From the NCBI GenBank assembly GCA_965223855.1, contig CBDCXM010000009.1, forward strand, positions 2,752,001 to 2,816,000: DNA of 64,000 bases. The letters are read 5' to 3'. The first letter of the stretch is position 1. Every line of letters begins with the position of its first letter. Below the pieces are notes generated by a model. That model saw only the letters and a list, made by a program, of their open reading frames with translations. It made no database searches and was not told the origin of the DNA. The position numbers were made by a program, and so were the translations under genes. Shown here in pieces: positions 40,108 through 49,347 of this stretch. The stretch comes from Candidatus Multivoradales bacterium (GTDB lineage Bacteria > Acidobacteriota > Thermoanaerobaculia > Multivoradales > JAHEKO01).

Positions 40108-40937
40108 TCGTCGTCGTCGTCGCCACCGAGGTGGAAGGAAGGCCCTGGGTCGATACCCATCGACTGCGCCGCCGGTCTGCTGCGTGGCCCTGGTTCGAGG
40201 GTGACGGTATGGCGCTCGTCGTCAGCGGGATCGGTCGCGAGCGTGCGGCCGCGGCGGTGGGCTTCGCTGCAGCCCGACTCGAGGGAGAAGCCGTCGGCTG
40301 GCTCAACTTCGGGATCGCGGGCCATCCGACCCTCGAGCAGGGAGAGGTGCGGTGGGTCGATCGTGTCGAGGGACCGGTCGGGAAGCCCTTCTACCCGGTT
40401 TCCGGGCGGCGCCTGACGCTGGCGACGGCCGGGCTTCGCACCGTCGATCGTCCTGAGCGCGAGTTCCCGGCCCCCGTGCTCTACGACATGGAAGGCTCGG
40501 CGTTCGCCGCCACCGCCTCCCGGATCGCACCGCTCGAGCTGGTCCACCTCCTGAAGGTGGTGTCCGACAACCGCACGACGACGATGCCGGTGACACCGAA
40601 GGGTCGTCCCGACCCTGCGGTGCTCGGGTCATGGCTCGAGCGCGCCTGCGAGGCCGGCGGACGGGTGGTGGAGGAGCTGTTGCGCTCTCGGATCCGCCGC
40701 CTGCTGGAGCGGCGTCTTTCGGCCGAGGCGCTGGACTTCGCCGGCGATCGCCGACTCACGGTGACCCAGCGTCGACAGTTGCACCGGCTTCTCGAGCGCC
40801 ACCTGGCGCTGGAGGGACGCTTGCCGGACCCCGACCCGACACGAGAAGCGAACGTGTGGCTGGCCGGCCTCGAGCGCCAGGTCGAGCGATCGGCACGGGC
40901 GTCGGGCGGATCTCACGACCCCACGGCAGCTCCGTGA
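40104..40937 (+). CDS. nucleoside phosphorylase-like protein
   Basis: SGIG, WLNFGIAG, YDMEGSAF, KVVSDN. Confidence 0.8.
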   Translation: MIVVVVATEVEGRPWVDTHRLRRRSAAWPWFEGDGMALVVSGIGRERAAAAVGFAAARLEGEAVGWLNFGIAGHPTLEQGEVRWVDRVEGPVGKPFYPVSGRRLTLATAGLRTVDRPEREFPAPVLYDMEGSAFAATASRIAPLELVHLLKVVSDNRTTTMPVTPKGRPDPAVLGSWLERACEAGGRVVEELLRSRIRRLLERRLSAEALDFAGDRRLTVTQRRQLHRLLERHLALEGRLPDPDPTREANVWLAGLERQVERSARASGGSHDPTAAP

Positions 40938-41959
40938 ACCCGGGATCCCTCGTCTATCTGGAAGAGGCGGCCGCCGGGCACGAGCGGGCGAAGTGGCTGC
41001 TCGAGCGCTTGCGGCCCTCCTCGGTCGTGGCTTGCGGGCACTACGGCGAACTCTTCAACCGCAGTGCTCAGGACTTCCGGCTGCAGAAAGAGTCGCCGGC
41101 ATGGATCGTGGCGACGAAGAGGGGGCGCTTCCTGCACCCGGTGCCGGACGGCTTCGGTGTCGGCGGCAGCGAGAACTGGTACTTCTCCCACATGCTGAAC
41201 TGCCTCTACGACTGCGGGTACTGCTTTCTCCAGGGGCTTTTCCGCTCGGCCTCCTACGTCTGGTTCGTCAACTACGAGGCGTTCATGGCGGCGATCGACG
41301 CTCGTCTCGCCGAGAGTGCCGCCGAAGCGATCTGGTTCTTCTCCGGTTACGACTGCGACAGCCTGGTCTTCGATCGCCTCACCGGATTCTGTGACGCGTT
41401 CCTGCCGTTCTTCGCCTCTCGTCCGAGGGCCTGGCTGGAACTACGTACGAAGAGCGTCGAGGTCTCGGCGCTGGAGCGCCACGCTCCTTTCGACAACTGT
41501 GTCGTCGCCTTCAGCTTCACGCCGCGCCGGACCCACCGGGCGATGGAGGCGGGCGTTCCGTCCATCGAACGGAGGCTCGACGCGCTGTCACGCGTCCAGC
41601 GGCTGGGGTGGCGGGTCGGGTTGCGCTTCGACCCCCTGATCTGGTCGCCCGACCACCTCGAGCAGCATCGGGTGCTGGTGGACGAAGTGTTCGCGGCGGT
41701 CGAACCGGAGACCGTCCATTCGGTGACGCTCGGCACCTTTCGGCTCCCCGTCGGTTTCCACCGGCGCATGGCTCGGCAGCGTCCTTTCGATGCGCTGCTG
41801 GCCGGACCCCTGGAGGAGGGGGACGGAGAGATGAGTTATCCTGAGGAACTCGAACGCGAACTGCTCGACGGCTTCGTCGGCCTTCTCGAGGAGCGCTTGC
41901 CGGCCGATCGGATCTTCGGCCATCGCTCGCGCCGATCTGCTATAACCGCGACGCAGTGA
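40934..41959 (+). CDS. spore-photoproduct-lyase-like radical SAM protein
   Basis: NCLYDCGYCFLQG (CxxxCxxC), SGYDCDS, ELRTKS, GLRFDP; GTGA coupling at 40934. Confidence 0.88.
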   Translation: MNPGSLVYLEEAAAGHERAKWLLERLRPSSVVACGHYGELFNRSAQDFRLQKESPAWIVATKRGRFLHPVPDGFGVGGSENWYFSHMLNCLYDCGYCFLQGLFRSASYVWFVNYEAFMAAIDARLAESAAEAIWFFSGYDCDSLVFDRLTGFCDAFLPFFASRPRAWLELRTKSVEVSALERHAPFDNCVVAFSFTPRRTHRAMEAGVPSIERRLDALSRVQRLGWRVGLRFDPLIWSPDHLEQHRVLVDEVFAAVEPETVHSVTLGTFRLPVGFHRRMARQRPFDALLAGPLEEGDGEMSYPEELERELLDGFVGLLEERLPADRIFGHRSRRSAITATQ

Positions 41960-42375
41960 GCCGAAAATACCGTCAACACGGTTACCAGGACGAGGAGCCC
42001 CGAAACCCGCCCGGTGGAACACGCCCGGCCCGGCAGGATCGGTCGGAGGGGCCTCGCGGTCGGGGATTGGGCGCGCCTTCCGCGACTGTCTTCCGCTGCC
42101 GCGTCTGCTCGGGGCGGATCGATCTCGAGGGTGGCGTCGCCGTGGAGGCTTCGTGTCCCGGCTGCGGAGCAGACCTTCACACCTGCAGCCACTGCGCCCA
42201 TTTCGATGCCGCTGCGACCTTCGAGTGTCGAGTCGCCATCGACACGAGGATCGCAGCGAAGGCGAAGCGCAACCGGTGCGATCACTTCGAGGTGCGCTGG
42301 ACGAGCGAGTTCCAGGCGGAGGCTCCGAGCCGCAGCGATGCGGCGAAGGCGTTCGACGACCTGTTCGACTTCTGA
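41956..42375 (+). CDS. Cys-rich zinc-finger hypothetical protein
   Basis: CRVC, CPGC, CSHC..F...C...RNRC; ends AFDDLF. Confidence 0.8.
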   Translation: MSRKYRQHGYQDEEPRNPPGGTRPARQDRSEGPRGRGLGAPSATVFRCRVCSGRIDLEGGVAVEASCPGCGADLHTCSHCAHFDAAATFECRVAIDTRIAAKAKRNRCDHFEVRWTSEFQAEAPSRSDAAKAFDDLFDF

Positions 42376-42408
42376 GTCCGGGGACGAGTTCGAGAGGAGA
42401 GGGAGACG

Positions 42409-43764
42409 ATGGAACAGTTGAGCGAGTGGATGTCGACGGCGAGCGGGTTCGTCTGGGGGCCGTACCTTCTGATTCCGCTGCTTCTGTCGACGGGTCTCTT
42501 CCTCACCCTGCGGCTGAAGGGGCTGCAGTTCACCCAGCTGTGGCACTCGCTGTGGCTCGCCCTCGTCGTCCGCAAGGAGCGTGGTGCCGAGGGGGACATC
42601 TCCCATTTCCAGGCCCTGATGACGGCGCTCGCCGCGACGGTCGGCACCGGCAACATCGTCGGCGTGGCGACGGCGATCGCGATGGGTGGTCCCGGAGCGC
42701 TCTTCTGGATGTGGATGACCGGGCTCGTCGGCATGGCGACCAAGTACTCCGAGGCGCTGCTGTCGGTGCGGTTCCGGGTGCCGGACGGCCGGGGCGGCCA
42801 CTCCGGCGGACCGATGTACTACCTCACCAACGGCCTTCCGGGTGTCGGCCGCATCCTCGGTCTCCTGTTCGCCCTCTTCGCCGCCGTGGCGGCCTTCGGC
42901 ATCGGAAACATGGTTCAGTCCAACTCGGTGGCCGACGCACTGCGTCAGTCGTTCGGCATTGCGCCCTGGGTGAGCGGAGCAGTGATGGCGGTGGCCGCCG
43001 GCGCGGTCATTCTCGGCGGCATCCGGTCGATCGGTCGTTTCACCGGTGTCTTCGTGCCGGTGATGATCGCCGCTTACATGATCGGCTCGGGCATCATCCT
43101 GGTGAAACACCTCGGTGACATCCCAGGGGCGTTCCGGCTGATCTTCGACAGCGCCTTCTCCGGAACCGCGGCGACAGGCGGCTTCACCGGTGCCGTAGTG
43201 GCTCAGGCCATCCGCTTCGGCGTGGCCAGGGGCATCTTCTCGAACGAGTCGGGGCTCGGCTCCGCCGGCATCGCGGCGGCGGCGGCCCAGACACGGGAGC
43301 CCGCCCGTCAGGCGCTGGTCTCGATGACTCAGACGTTCATCGACACTCTGGTGGTGTGCACCTTCACCGGCCTGGCGCTGATCGTGACCGGGGCCTGGGA
43401 ATCGGGCCTCAACGGTGCGCCGATGACCCAGCAGGCCTTCGCGACCGGCCTCGGCGGCGAGTGGGGCGCATGGATCGTCACCGTCGGTCTTGCGATGTTC
43501 GCCTTCTCGACCATCCTCGGGTGGAGCTACTACGGCGAGAAGTCGATCGAGTTCCTCGCCGGCCACCGGTCCATCACTCCCTACCGGGTGCTGTTCATCG
43601 TCGCGGTGTTCTTCGGTGCGATCCGCAGCCTCGACTTCGTGTGGACCCTCTCGGACGTGATGAACGGGCTGATGGCGCTGCCGAACCTCGTCGGGTTGAT
43701 CCTGCTCTCGGGTATCGTGGCGTCCGAGTCGCGGCAGTACCTGCGCTCCCGTCGGCATCGCTGA
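42409..43764 (+). CDS. alanine/glycine:cation symporter (AGCS family)
   Basis: [47 protein letters not shown]. Confidence 0.95.
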   Translation: MEQLSEWMSTASGFVWGPYLLIPLLLSTGLFLTLRLKGLQFTQLWHSLWLALVVRKERGAEGDISHFQALMTALAATVGTGNIVGVATAIAMGGPGALFWMWMTGLVGMATKYSEALLSVRFRVPDGRGGHSGGPMYYLTNGLPGVGRILGLLFALFAAVAAFGIGNMVQSNSVADALRQSFGIAPWVSGAVMAVAAGAVILGGIRSIGRFTGVFVPVMIAAYMIGSGIILVKHLGDIPGAFRLIFDSAFSGTAATGGFTGAVVAQAIRFGVARGIFSNESGLGSAGIAAAAAQTREPARQALVSMTQTFIDTLVVCTFTGLALIVTGAWESGLNGAPMTQQAFATGLGGEWGAWIVTVGLAMFAFSTILGWSYYGEKSIEFLAGHRSITPYRVLFIVAVFFGAIRSLDFVWTLSDVMNGLMALPNLVGLILLSGIVASESRQYLRSRRHR

Positions 43765-43860
43765 GGGGCGTTGCCTCCTGCGGCGACCGACCTTCAGATC
43801 CCGGGCGCCCCGGAGCGCGACCGATCAGGCGATCGAGTCCGGTCGGTGTATCATCCCGCC

Positions 43861-44253
43861 ATGTCCGAGGATGAGAAGGCAGGCTTCCCGGCGGAGCCTT
43901 CGGAGACGGCCGTTTCGTCAGACGAAGTCGTGATCGAGAAGCTCGAGCCCGATTCGGGTGAGGGGCTCGAGCAGAAGCTCGAGCAACTGGCTACCTTCTC
44001 GGTGCTCACGGTCGGTACCTTGCTGAAGATGATCGAAGGCAAGGGGCCGGGCGCCCTCGGCCCGGAGGGCGAGATCAAGCTGGCGAAGGCTCGGGAAGGC
44101 GTCCTCGAGGCGATCACGGCGCTCGACGATTGGCTCGAGAGTAGCGAGGGGCAGGCGTCCGACCTCGACCTCGCAGGCCTTCGGGGCCGCCTCGTGCAGA
44201 TGGCCGCTCAGCTCGAGCAAACCTCGATCGACGACGGAACGCCCCCCTCCTGA
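43861..44253 (+). CDS. hypothetical protein
   Basis: Acidic helical ORF from ATG 43861 filling the gap. Confidence 0.6.
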   Translation: MSEDEKAGFPAEPSETAVSSDEVVIEKLEPDSGEGLEQKLEQLATFSVLTVGTLLKMIEGKGPGALGPEGEIKLAKAREGVLEAITALDDWLESSEGQASDLDLAGLRGRLVQMAAQLEQTSIDDGTPPS

Positions 44254-44267
44254 GGCAGGGACAGAAG

Positions 44268-45368
44268 TTGGTCGAGCACGAAGAGCTCGTTCAGGACTGG
44301 GCTACGAAACTGGGCGCTTCGCTCGGCTTCGACGTCGCCACGACCAGCTGGTTGCTCGCTGCGGCGCTGTTTCTCGTCATCGTCCTCGGCATGGCGGCAG
44401 TTCGCCATGTGCTGCTGAGCCGCCTGCAGGGTGTCGTCGATCGGAGCAAGAACCTGGTCGACGATCTCGTGCTCGACCTGGTGCGCCGGACCGGCTGGCC
44501 GTTCTTCGTGATCGTCGGCATCTTCGTCGGCTCCGTGGCGCTGCGTCTCTCGCCGCCGGTCGATGCTGTGATTCGCAGGCTCTTCTCGATCGCTCTCTTC
44601 GTCCAGGGTGGCATCTGGGCCAACTACGTCCTGAGCTTCGTCGTCGATGCCTACCTCCAGCGTCGACGTGGAGAAGACGCATCGAAGGTCGCGGTGCTGG
44701 CGCTCTTCAACTTCTTTGCCCGGATCGCCGTCTGGACGTTGGTCGTGCTGCTGGTCCTCGACAACCTCGGTGTCGAGGTGGTCACCCTGATTGCCGGCCT
44801 CGGCGTAGGCGGCATCGCCATCGGCCTGGCGCTTCAGAGCGTGCTGCGTGACACCTTCGCCTCGCTGTCGATCATCCTCGACAAGCCGTTCGAGGTCGGT
44901 GACTTCATCATCGTCGACGACCTTCAGGGGACGGTCGAGCACATCGGGATCAAGACCACCCGCATTCTCAGCCTCGATGGCGAGGAGGTCGTGATCGGCA
45001 ACAACGACCTGCTCTCCTGCCGGATCCGCAACTTCAAGAAGATCGCCGAGCGCCGAGTGCTGCAGCAGCTCCGGCTCGCCTACGACACGTCACCGGACGA
45101 CCTCGATGCGATCCGCCCGATCGTCAAGGAGGTGGTCGACGAGGTGGAAGAGACGCGCTACGAGCGGGCCTACTTCAAGAGCTTCGGCCACGAGGCGGTG
45201 GAGTTCGAGTTCGGCTACTACGTCACCCGGGGAGACTTCGAGCAGATGATGGAGCGCCGCCAGCAGGTGAATCTGGCGCTCCATCGACGGCTGACCGAGG
45301 AGGGATACCGATTCGGGCTGCCATCGCGGCGCGTCTACTCGGATGACGACGGGGCGGGCGAGGGCTGA
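44268..45368 (+). CDS. MscS family mechanosensitive channel
   Basis: AGLGVGGIAIGLALQ, DKPFEVGDFI, GTVEHIGIKTT. Confidence 0.92.
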   Translation: MVEHEELVQDWATKLGASLGFDVATTSWLLAAALFLVIVLGMAAVRHVLLSRLQGVVDRSKNLVDDLVLDLVRRTGWPFFVIVGIFVGSVALRLSPPVDAVIRRLFSIALFVQGGIWANYVLSFVVDAYLQRRRGEDASKVAVLALFNFFARIAVWTLVVLLVLDNLGVEVVTLIAGLGVGGIAIGLALQSVLRDTFASLSIILDKPFEVGDFIIVDDLQGTVEHIGIKTTRILSLDGEEVVIGNNDLLSCRIRNFKKIAERRVLQQLRLAYDTSPDDLDAIRPIVKEVVDEVEETRYERAYFKSFGHEAVEFEFGYYVTRGDFEQMMERRQQVNLALHRRLTEEGYRFGLPSRRVYSDDDGAGEG

Positions 45369-46888
45369 TGCGTCGCGCGGCGGGTCTGGTCGTCCTGGGG
45401 ATGGTCGGCGCCGGCCTCGGCGTCTTCACTCCATCGATCGAGGCGAAGAAGCCGGCTCAGGTGGAGAGTCCCGAGGACCTGTACATCGTCGACTGTCTGC
45501 TGCCCCCGAGGATCCGTCGACTCGGACGGAGATCGGTGACGCAGGCTCCCCGACAGCCGATCAAGACGACGGCACTCGAGTGCCGCATCCGAGGCGGTGT
45601 CTACACCGAGCCCGACCAGGCGAACCTCGGCACGGCGCTCCAGGTCTGGCTCGCCGCCGCTCAGAGCGGTGACGCCGAGGCTCAGTTCTACGTCGGTCAG
45701 ATCTTCGAGAAGGGGCTGGGGGTCGATCCCGACTTCGGCAGTGCCGCGCAGTGGTACCGCAAGGCGGCCGAGCAGGGGTACGCGGCGGCGCAGATCAACC
45801 TCGGCTCGCTCTACGAGACGGGGCGCGGAGTCGAACAGGACGGGGAAGAGGCGCTGCGCTGGTACCGGCGCGCCGCGGGTCTGGCAGAAGACCTCGTCGT
45901 TCTCCAGAGCGAGGAGGTAGAAGACCTCCGCGCCGCGAGGGACCGTCTGGAAGCGGCCGAGCGTGAGGTGGCCGACCTTGAGCAAGAGGTGACGCGACTG
46001 CGGGAGGCCGGAGCCGCCTCCGCGGAGGAGATCCAGCGTCTCGAGGAACGGACCCGCGAACTCGAGCGACAGTCCAGCGAGGCGGAGGATCTCAGGGCGG
46101 AGCTGGAACGGCTCAGCAGCTCCTCGGGAGCTGTTCCGGCCGCAGCGGGATCGATCCCGCTGCCCGGTCCGGGCGCCGTCAACTTCGGGAACTATCATGC
46201 GCTCGTCGTCGGCATCTCGAACTACGCCTCTCTCGACTCGCTTCCCGAGGCCGCGGAGGGGGCGAAGAGGATCGCCGAGACCTTGAGACGCGACTACGGC
46301 TTCGAGGTCGAGGTCCATCTGGACGCCTCGCGCCTCACCATCATGAAGGCGCTCAACCAGTTGCGCGAGCGACTGACCCCCGACGACAATCTCCTCGTCT
46401 ACTACGCCGGCCACGCGACCCGCGACACCAGGGGGACCCGTGCGTTCTGGCAGGCGGCGGACGCGGACGCGTCGAATCCGGTGAACTGGATTCCCACCGA
46501 GCTGGTCACGGAGCACCTCGATCTGGTCCCGGCGCGTCACGTGCTGGTGGTGGCGGACGCTCTCTTTACCGGTCTTCGCACCCGTTCGGCGGTCGCCCAG
46601 TTGCGACAGGGGATGACCGACGAAGAGCGCTACCACTACCTCAGGACCCTGCGGGAGAAGCGCTGCCGGCTCGTCCTGACTTCCGGGAGCGAGGACGGAG
46701 CGGGGGAGTTCACCGGCTCTCTGGCCGGACTGCTGGAGGCGAACGACGGTCTGCTCGAGGCGTCTCAGCTCTACCGCGAACTGGTACGCGGTCGTGACGC
46801 TTCGAACGAGGGGCCGCCGCCGGAGTTCGCGTCGATGCGATGGGCACGCAACGAAGTAGCGGACTTCTTCTTCGTCCGAACCCCGTAG
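45368..46888 (+). CDS. secreted Sel1-repeat / coiled-coil / caspase-like (C14) protein lacking the catalytic Cys
   Basis: Signal peptide; Sel1 repeats (AQWYRKAAEQGYAAAQINLGSLYETGRGV); ALVVGISNY, YYAGHA; VVADALFTG where active enzymes have DSCxSG. Confidence 0.88.
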   Translation: MRRAAGLVVLGMVGAGLGVFTPSIEAKKPAQVESPEDLYIVDCLLPPRIRRLGRRSVTQAPRQPIKTTALECRIRGGVYTEPDQANLGTALQVWLAAAQSGDAEAQFYVGQIFEKGLGVDPDFGSAAQWYRKAAEQGYAAAQINLGSLYETGRGVEQDGEEALRWYRRAAGLAEDLVVLQSEEVEDLRAARDRLEAAEREVADLEQEVTRLREAGAASAEEIQRLEERTRELERQSSEAEDLRAELERLSSSSGAVPAAAGSIPLPGPGAVNFGNYHALVVGISNYASLDSLPEAAEGAKRIAETLRRDYGFEVEVHLDASRLTIMKALNQLRERLTPDDNLLVYYAGHATRDTRGTRAFWQAADADASNPVNWIPTELVTEHLDLVPARHVLVVADALFTGLRTRSAVAQLRQGMTDEERYHYLRTLREKRCRLVLTSGSEDGAGEFTGSLAGLLEANDGLLEASQLYRELVRGRDASNEGPPPEFASMRWARNEVADFFFVRTP

Positions 46889-46949
46889 GCGCGAAGACGG
46901 ACCTGGGCGTCGCGCCCCGCAGTTCCGCGCGGGCCACCGCTACATTCAG

Positions 46950-47135
46950 CAAAAGGCGACCACCGGAGTGGCGGGCGAAAGTCCGCGAGAAGGGACTCGA
47001 GTACGACGGATTCGCCGACCGCAGCAGTCCTGACGGGCTCTTTTCGTCCGGGCCGACCTTGAGTTCCGAGCGGGACGGCCGCGACCTGCCTGAGTCAGCG
47101 GGCGGTAGCCGGCCGGGAGCCGGTTCTCGCCCTAC
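46950..47135 (+). ncRNA. candidate structured non-coding RNA (6S-like size)
   Basis: Closing stem ggcga..accgg / ccggt..tcgcc, GAAA-capped hairpin, 10-bp stem 46992-47001/47058-47067, TACATT just upstream; lies between convergent genes. Confidence 0.35.
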
Positions 47136-47219
47136 ACGGAGTCCTTCCGGCTCGCGCATCGGCGACTGGAGGAACCGGCGCGGGACGGAGCAGGCAGGGT
47201 AGCGCCTGATGGCAGGGCG

Positions 47220-49310
47220 TCAGGCCCCGCTGCGCGCGACGAAGAAGAACTCGCCTCCACTGTGATCCGTCCGTGGAATCGGCGCAAACCGGGGGCGCTG
47301 GGGCATGCCCAGTGCCTGTGAGCCGTCGGCGACCGCATCGACCGTGGTCTGGAAGAGCCCGGAGGCCGCGAGCACGGCGTCGTTCGCTTCGAGCGCCTCG
47401 AGCAGCTCTCGAGCGAAGATCGAGTGGTCGCCGCCGCCCGAATCGAGTACCGGACTCAGGCCGCCCGAGGTCAGCAGCAGGCGGGACTTGTACCCGAGGG
47501 CCTCTTCGATCTCCGACGCAGAGCGCGGTGGGGGAGCGGTCTCCTCGGCGTTCCCGGGGGCGGCGAGTGCGCCGGAGAAGCACGAGTCCGCGACCACCAG
47601 CACTCGCTGCGCCTCCGTCTGGTCGAGCAGGGCACTCAAGGTATGAGTGGTGGAGATCCAGTTCGAGGTGTCGAGCGGATCGGCATCGACCGGCTGCCAG
47701 AAGCCGCTCTGGTTGCGGCCGTCGATGCGGCCGTGGCCGGCATAGAAGACGAGCAGGTTGTCGCGCGGAGTCATGCTGCTGGCCACACTCGAGAGCTGGG
47801 TGACGATCTCCGCACGGGTCGCATCGAGCAGGAGGTGGACTTCGAATCCATAGCGGTTCTCGAGCAGACCCGCCAGTTCACGGGCGTCGCGGGCGGCGCT
47901 CTCGAGCTCCGGCAGGTACTGGTAGCGATCGTTGCCGATCACGACGGCGTGGAAGTCGCCGAAGTCGAGCGCCGCGAGTGCCGAAGCGCTGGGGGCCGCG
48001 CGCGCTCTCAGGAACAGGAACGTGGCCACGGCCAGAAGTGCGACGAGGGCCAACCCGGCGACGAGGGGCGAGCGCCGGCTCCGCCACGGGACGCCGCCTT
48101 CGGTGGCGACGAAGGTGCCGGCCGGCGGTGTGCTAACCGCTGTGCCGGGTTCGGGCCTCGCCTCGGGTGAGAGGGTGGTCGCCTCGTCCCGCCCGGAGAC
48201 CGCCTGTCCTCGAGGCGGTGCGGCCACCGTCGCTCCCGCCGGCGTCGATGCCGAGGGGGACATCGTCGTTGGATCGTGCCCCGGGGGCGACACGGTCGTC
48301 GGGTCGGCTGTCGGCTGCGCCTCGCCCGGGTCGGCCTCCGGCTGCGTCCCGATGTCGCCTCCCGGCCCGGTCGGCACGGTCGAGGGCTGTAGTGGCTCGG
48401 ATTCCAGGATCGTCCGGTCGTGGCTGCCGGACTCCGACGCTCCGGCGGCGGCCGCCGCCAGCTGCGTGGCGAACTCACGCGCATCGGCGTAGCGGTCGTC
48501 CGGGCTCTTGGCGAGAGCGCGGAGCAGCACCGTTCGCAGCGGCTGCGAGACTTTGCCCTGCGGGTCGGTCTCGTCGAAGCTCCTCGGCGGATGGAACAGG
48601 TGTCCGGCGATCAACGACGTCTGGTCGGTGCCGGTGATCGGCAGGATCCCCGTCAGCAGCTCGTAGAGGGCGACGCCCAGCGAGTAGAGGTCGCTACGGC
48701 CGTCGATCGGCGCGTCGCCGCTTGCACCGAGCTGCTCCGGGGAGGAGTACCGGACCTTGCCGATGAACATCGCCGCCCGCGTCTCGAACTGCGCTCCATC
48801 GAGCGGCTTGGCGATCCCCATGTCGATGAGCTTCACCAGCAGCTCGCCCCGATGAGAGCGCGTCAGCATGATGTTGTCGGGCGAGATGTCCCGGTGAACG
48901 ACGTTGCGCTGGTGGAGATAGTCGAGCGCCTCGAGAGTCTGCAATCCGACTTCGAGGATCTGCGCCTGGGACAGCGGTGTCGGCGAGCGCTGCGTCTGGA
49001 CGAGGTCGCGGCCCTCGATGAACTCCATGACGATGCAGGCCATGCCGTCGTCGCCGACGACGAAGTCGTGAATCGCGGCGATGTTCTCGTGGCGTAGACG
49101 GGTCGCCACCTGGGCCTCCCTGAGGAAACGCGCCTGCAACTCCGCGTCGTGCTTGAGTTGAGGGCGGATCGTCTTGAGGACCCGAACCTCCTCCAGGTGG
49201 CGGTGGTGACCCTTGTAGATCTCTCCCATCCCACCTTCGCCGAGAAGGTCGAGGATCTCGTACTTGCGATCGATCTCCTCGATGCCGATGGAGAGAGGAG
49301 CGTCGCTCAT
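47220..49310 (-). CDS. Ser/Thr kinase - Pro/Thr linker - TM - caspase-like (C14) peptidase
   Basis: GEGGMG, HRDISPDN, DMG, YSSPEQ; TM LVAGLALVALLAVATFLFL; FYAGHG and VADSCFSG give an intact His-Cys dyad. Confidence 0.93.
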   Translation of the reverse strand: MSDAPLSIGIEEIDRKYEILDLLGEGGMGEIYKGHHRHLEEVRVLKTIRPQLKHDAELQARFLREAQVATRLRHENIAAIHDFVVGDDGMACIVMEFIEGRDLVQTQRSPTPLSQAQILEVGLQTLEALDYLHQRNVVHRDISPDNIMLTRSHRGELLVKLIDMGIAKPLDGAQFETRAAMFIGKVRYSSPEQLGASGDAPIDGRSDLYSLGVALYELLTGILPITGTDQTSLIAGHLFHPPRSFDETDPQGKVSQPLRTVLLRALAKSPDDRYADAREFATQLAAAAAGASESGSHDRTILESEPLQPSTVPTGPGGDIGTQPEADPGEAQPTADPTTVSPPGHDPTTMSPSASTPAGATVAAPPRGQAVSGRDEATTLSPEARPEPGTAVSTPPAGTFVATEGGVPWRSRRSPLVAGLALVALLAVATFLFLRARAAPSASALAALDFGDFHAVVIGNDRYQYLPELESAARDARELAGLLENRYGFEVHLLLDATRAEIVTQLSSVASSMTPRDNLLVFYAGHGRIDGRNQSGFWQPVDADPLDTSNWISTTHTLSALLDQTEAQRVLVVADSCFSGALAAPGNAEETAPPPRSASEIEEALGYKSRLLLTSGGLSPVLDSGGGDHSIFARELLEALEANDAVLAASGLFQTTVDAVADGSQALGMPQRPRFAPIPRTDHSGGEFFFVARSGA

Positions 49311-49347
49311 GTGAGGGGTCCGCCGGCCGCCCGGCCGTGGCGCGCGC

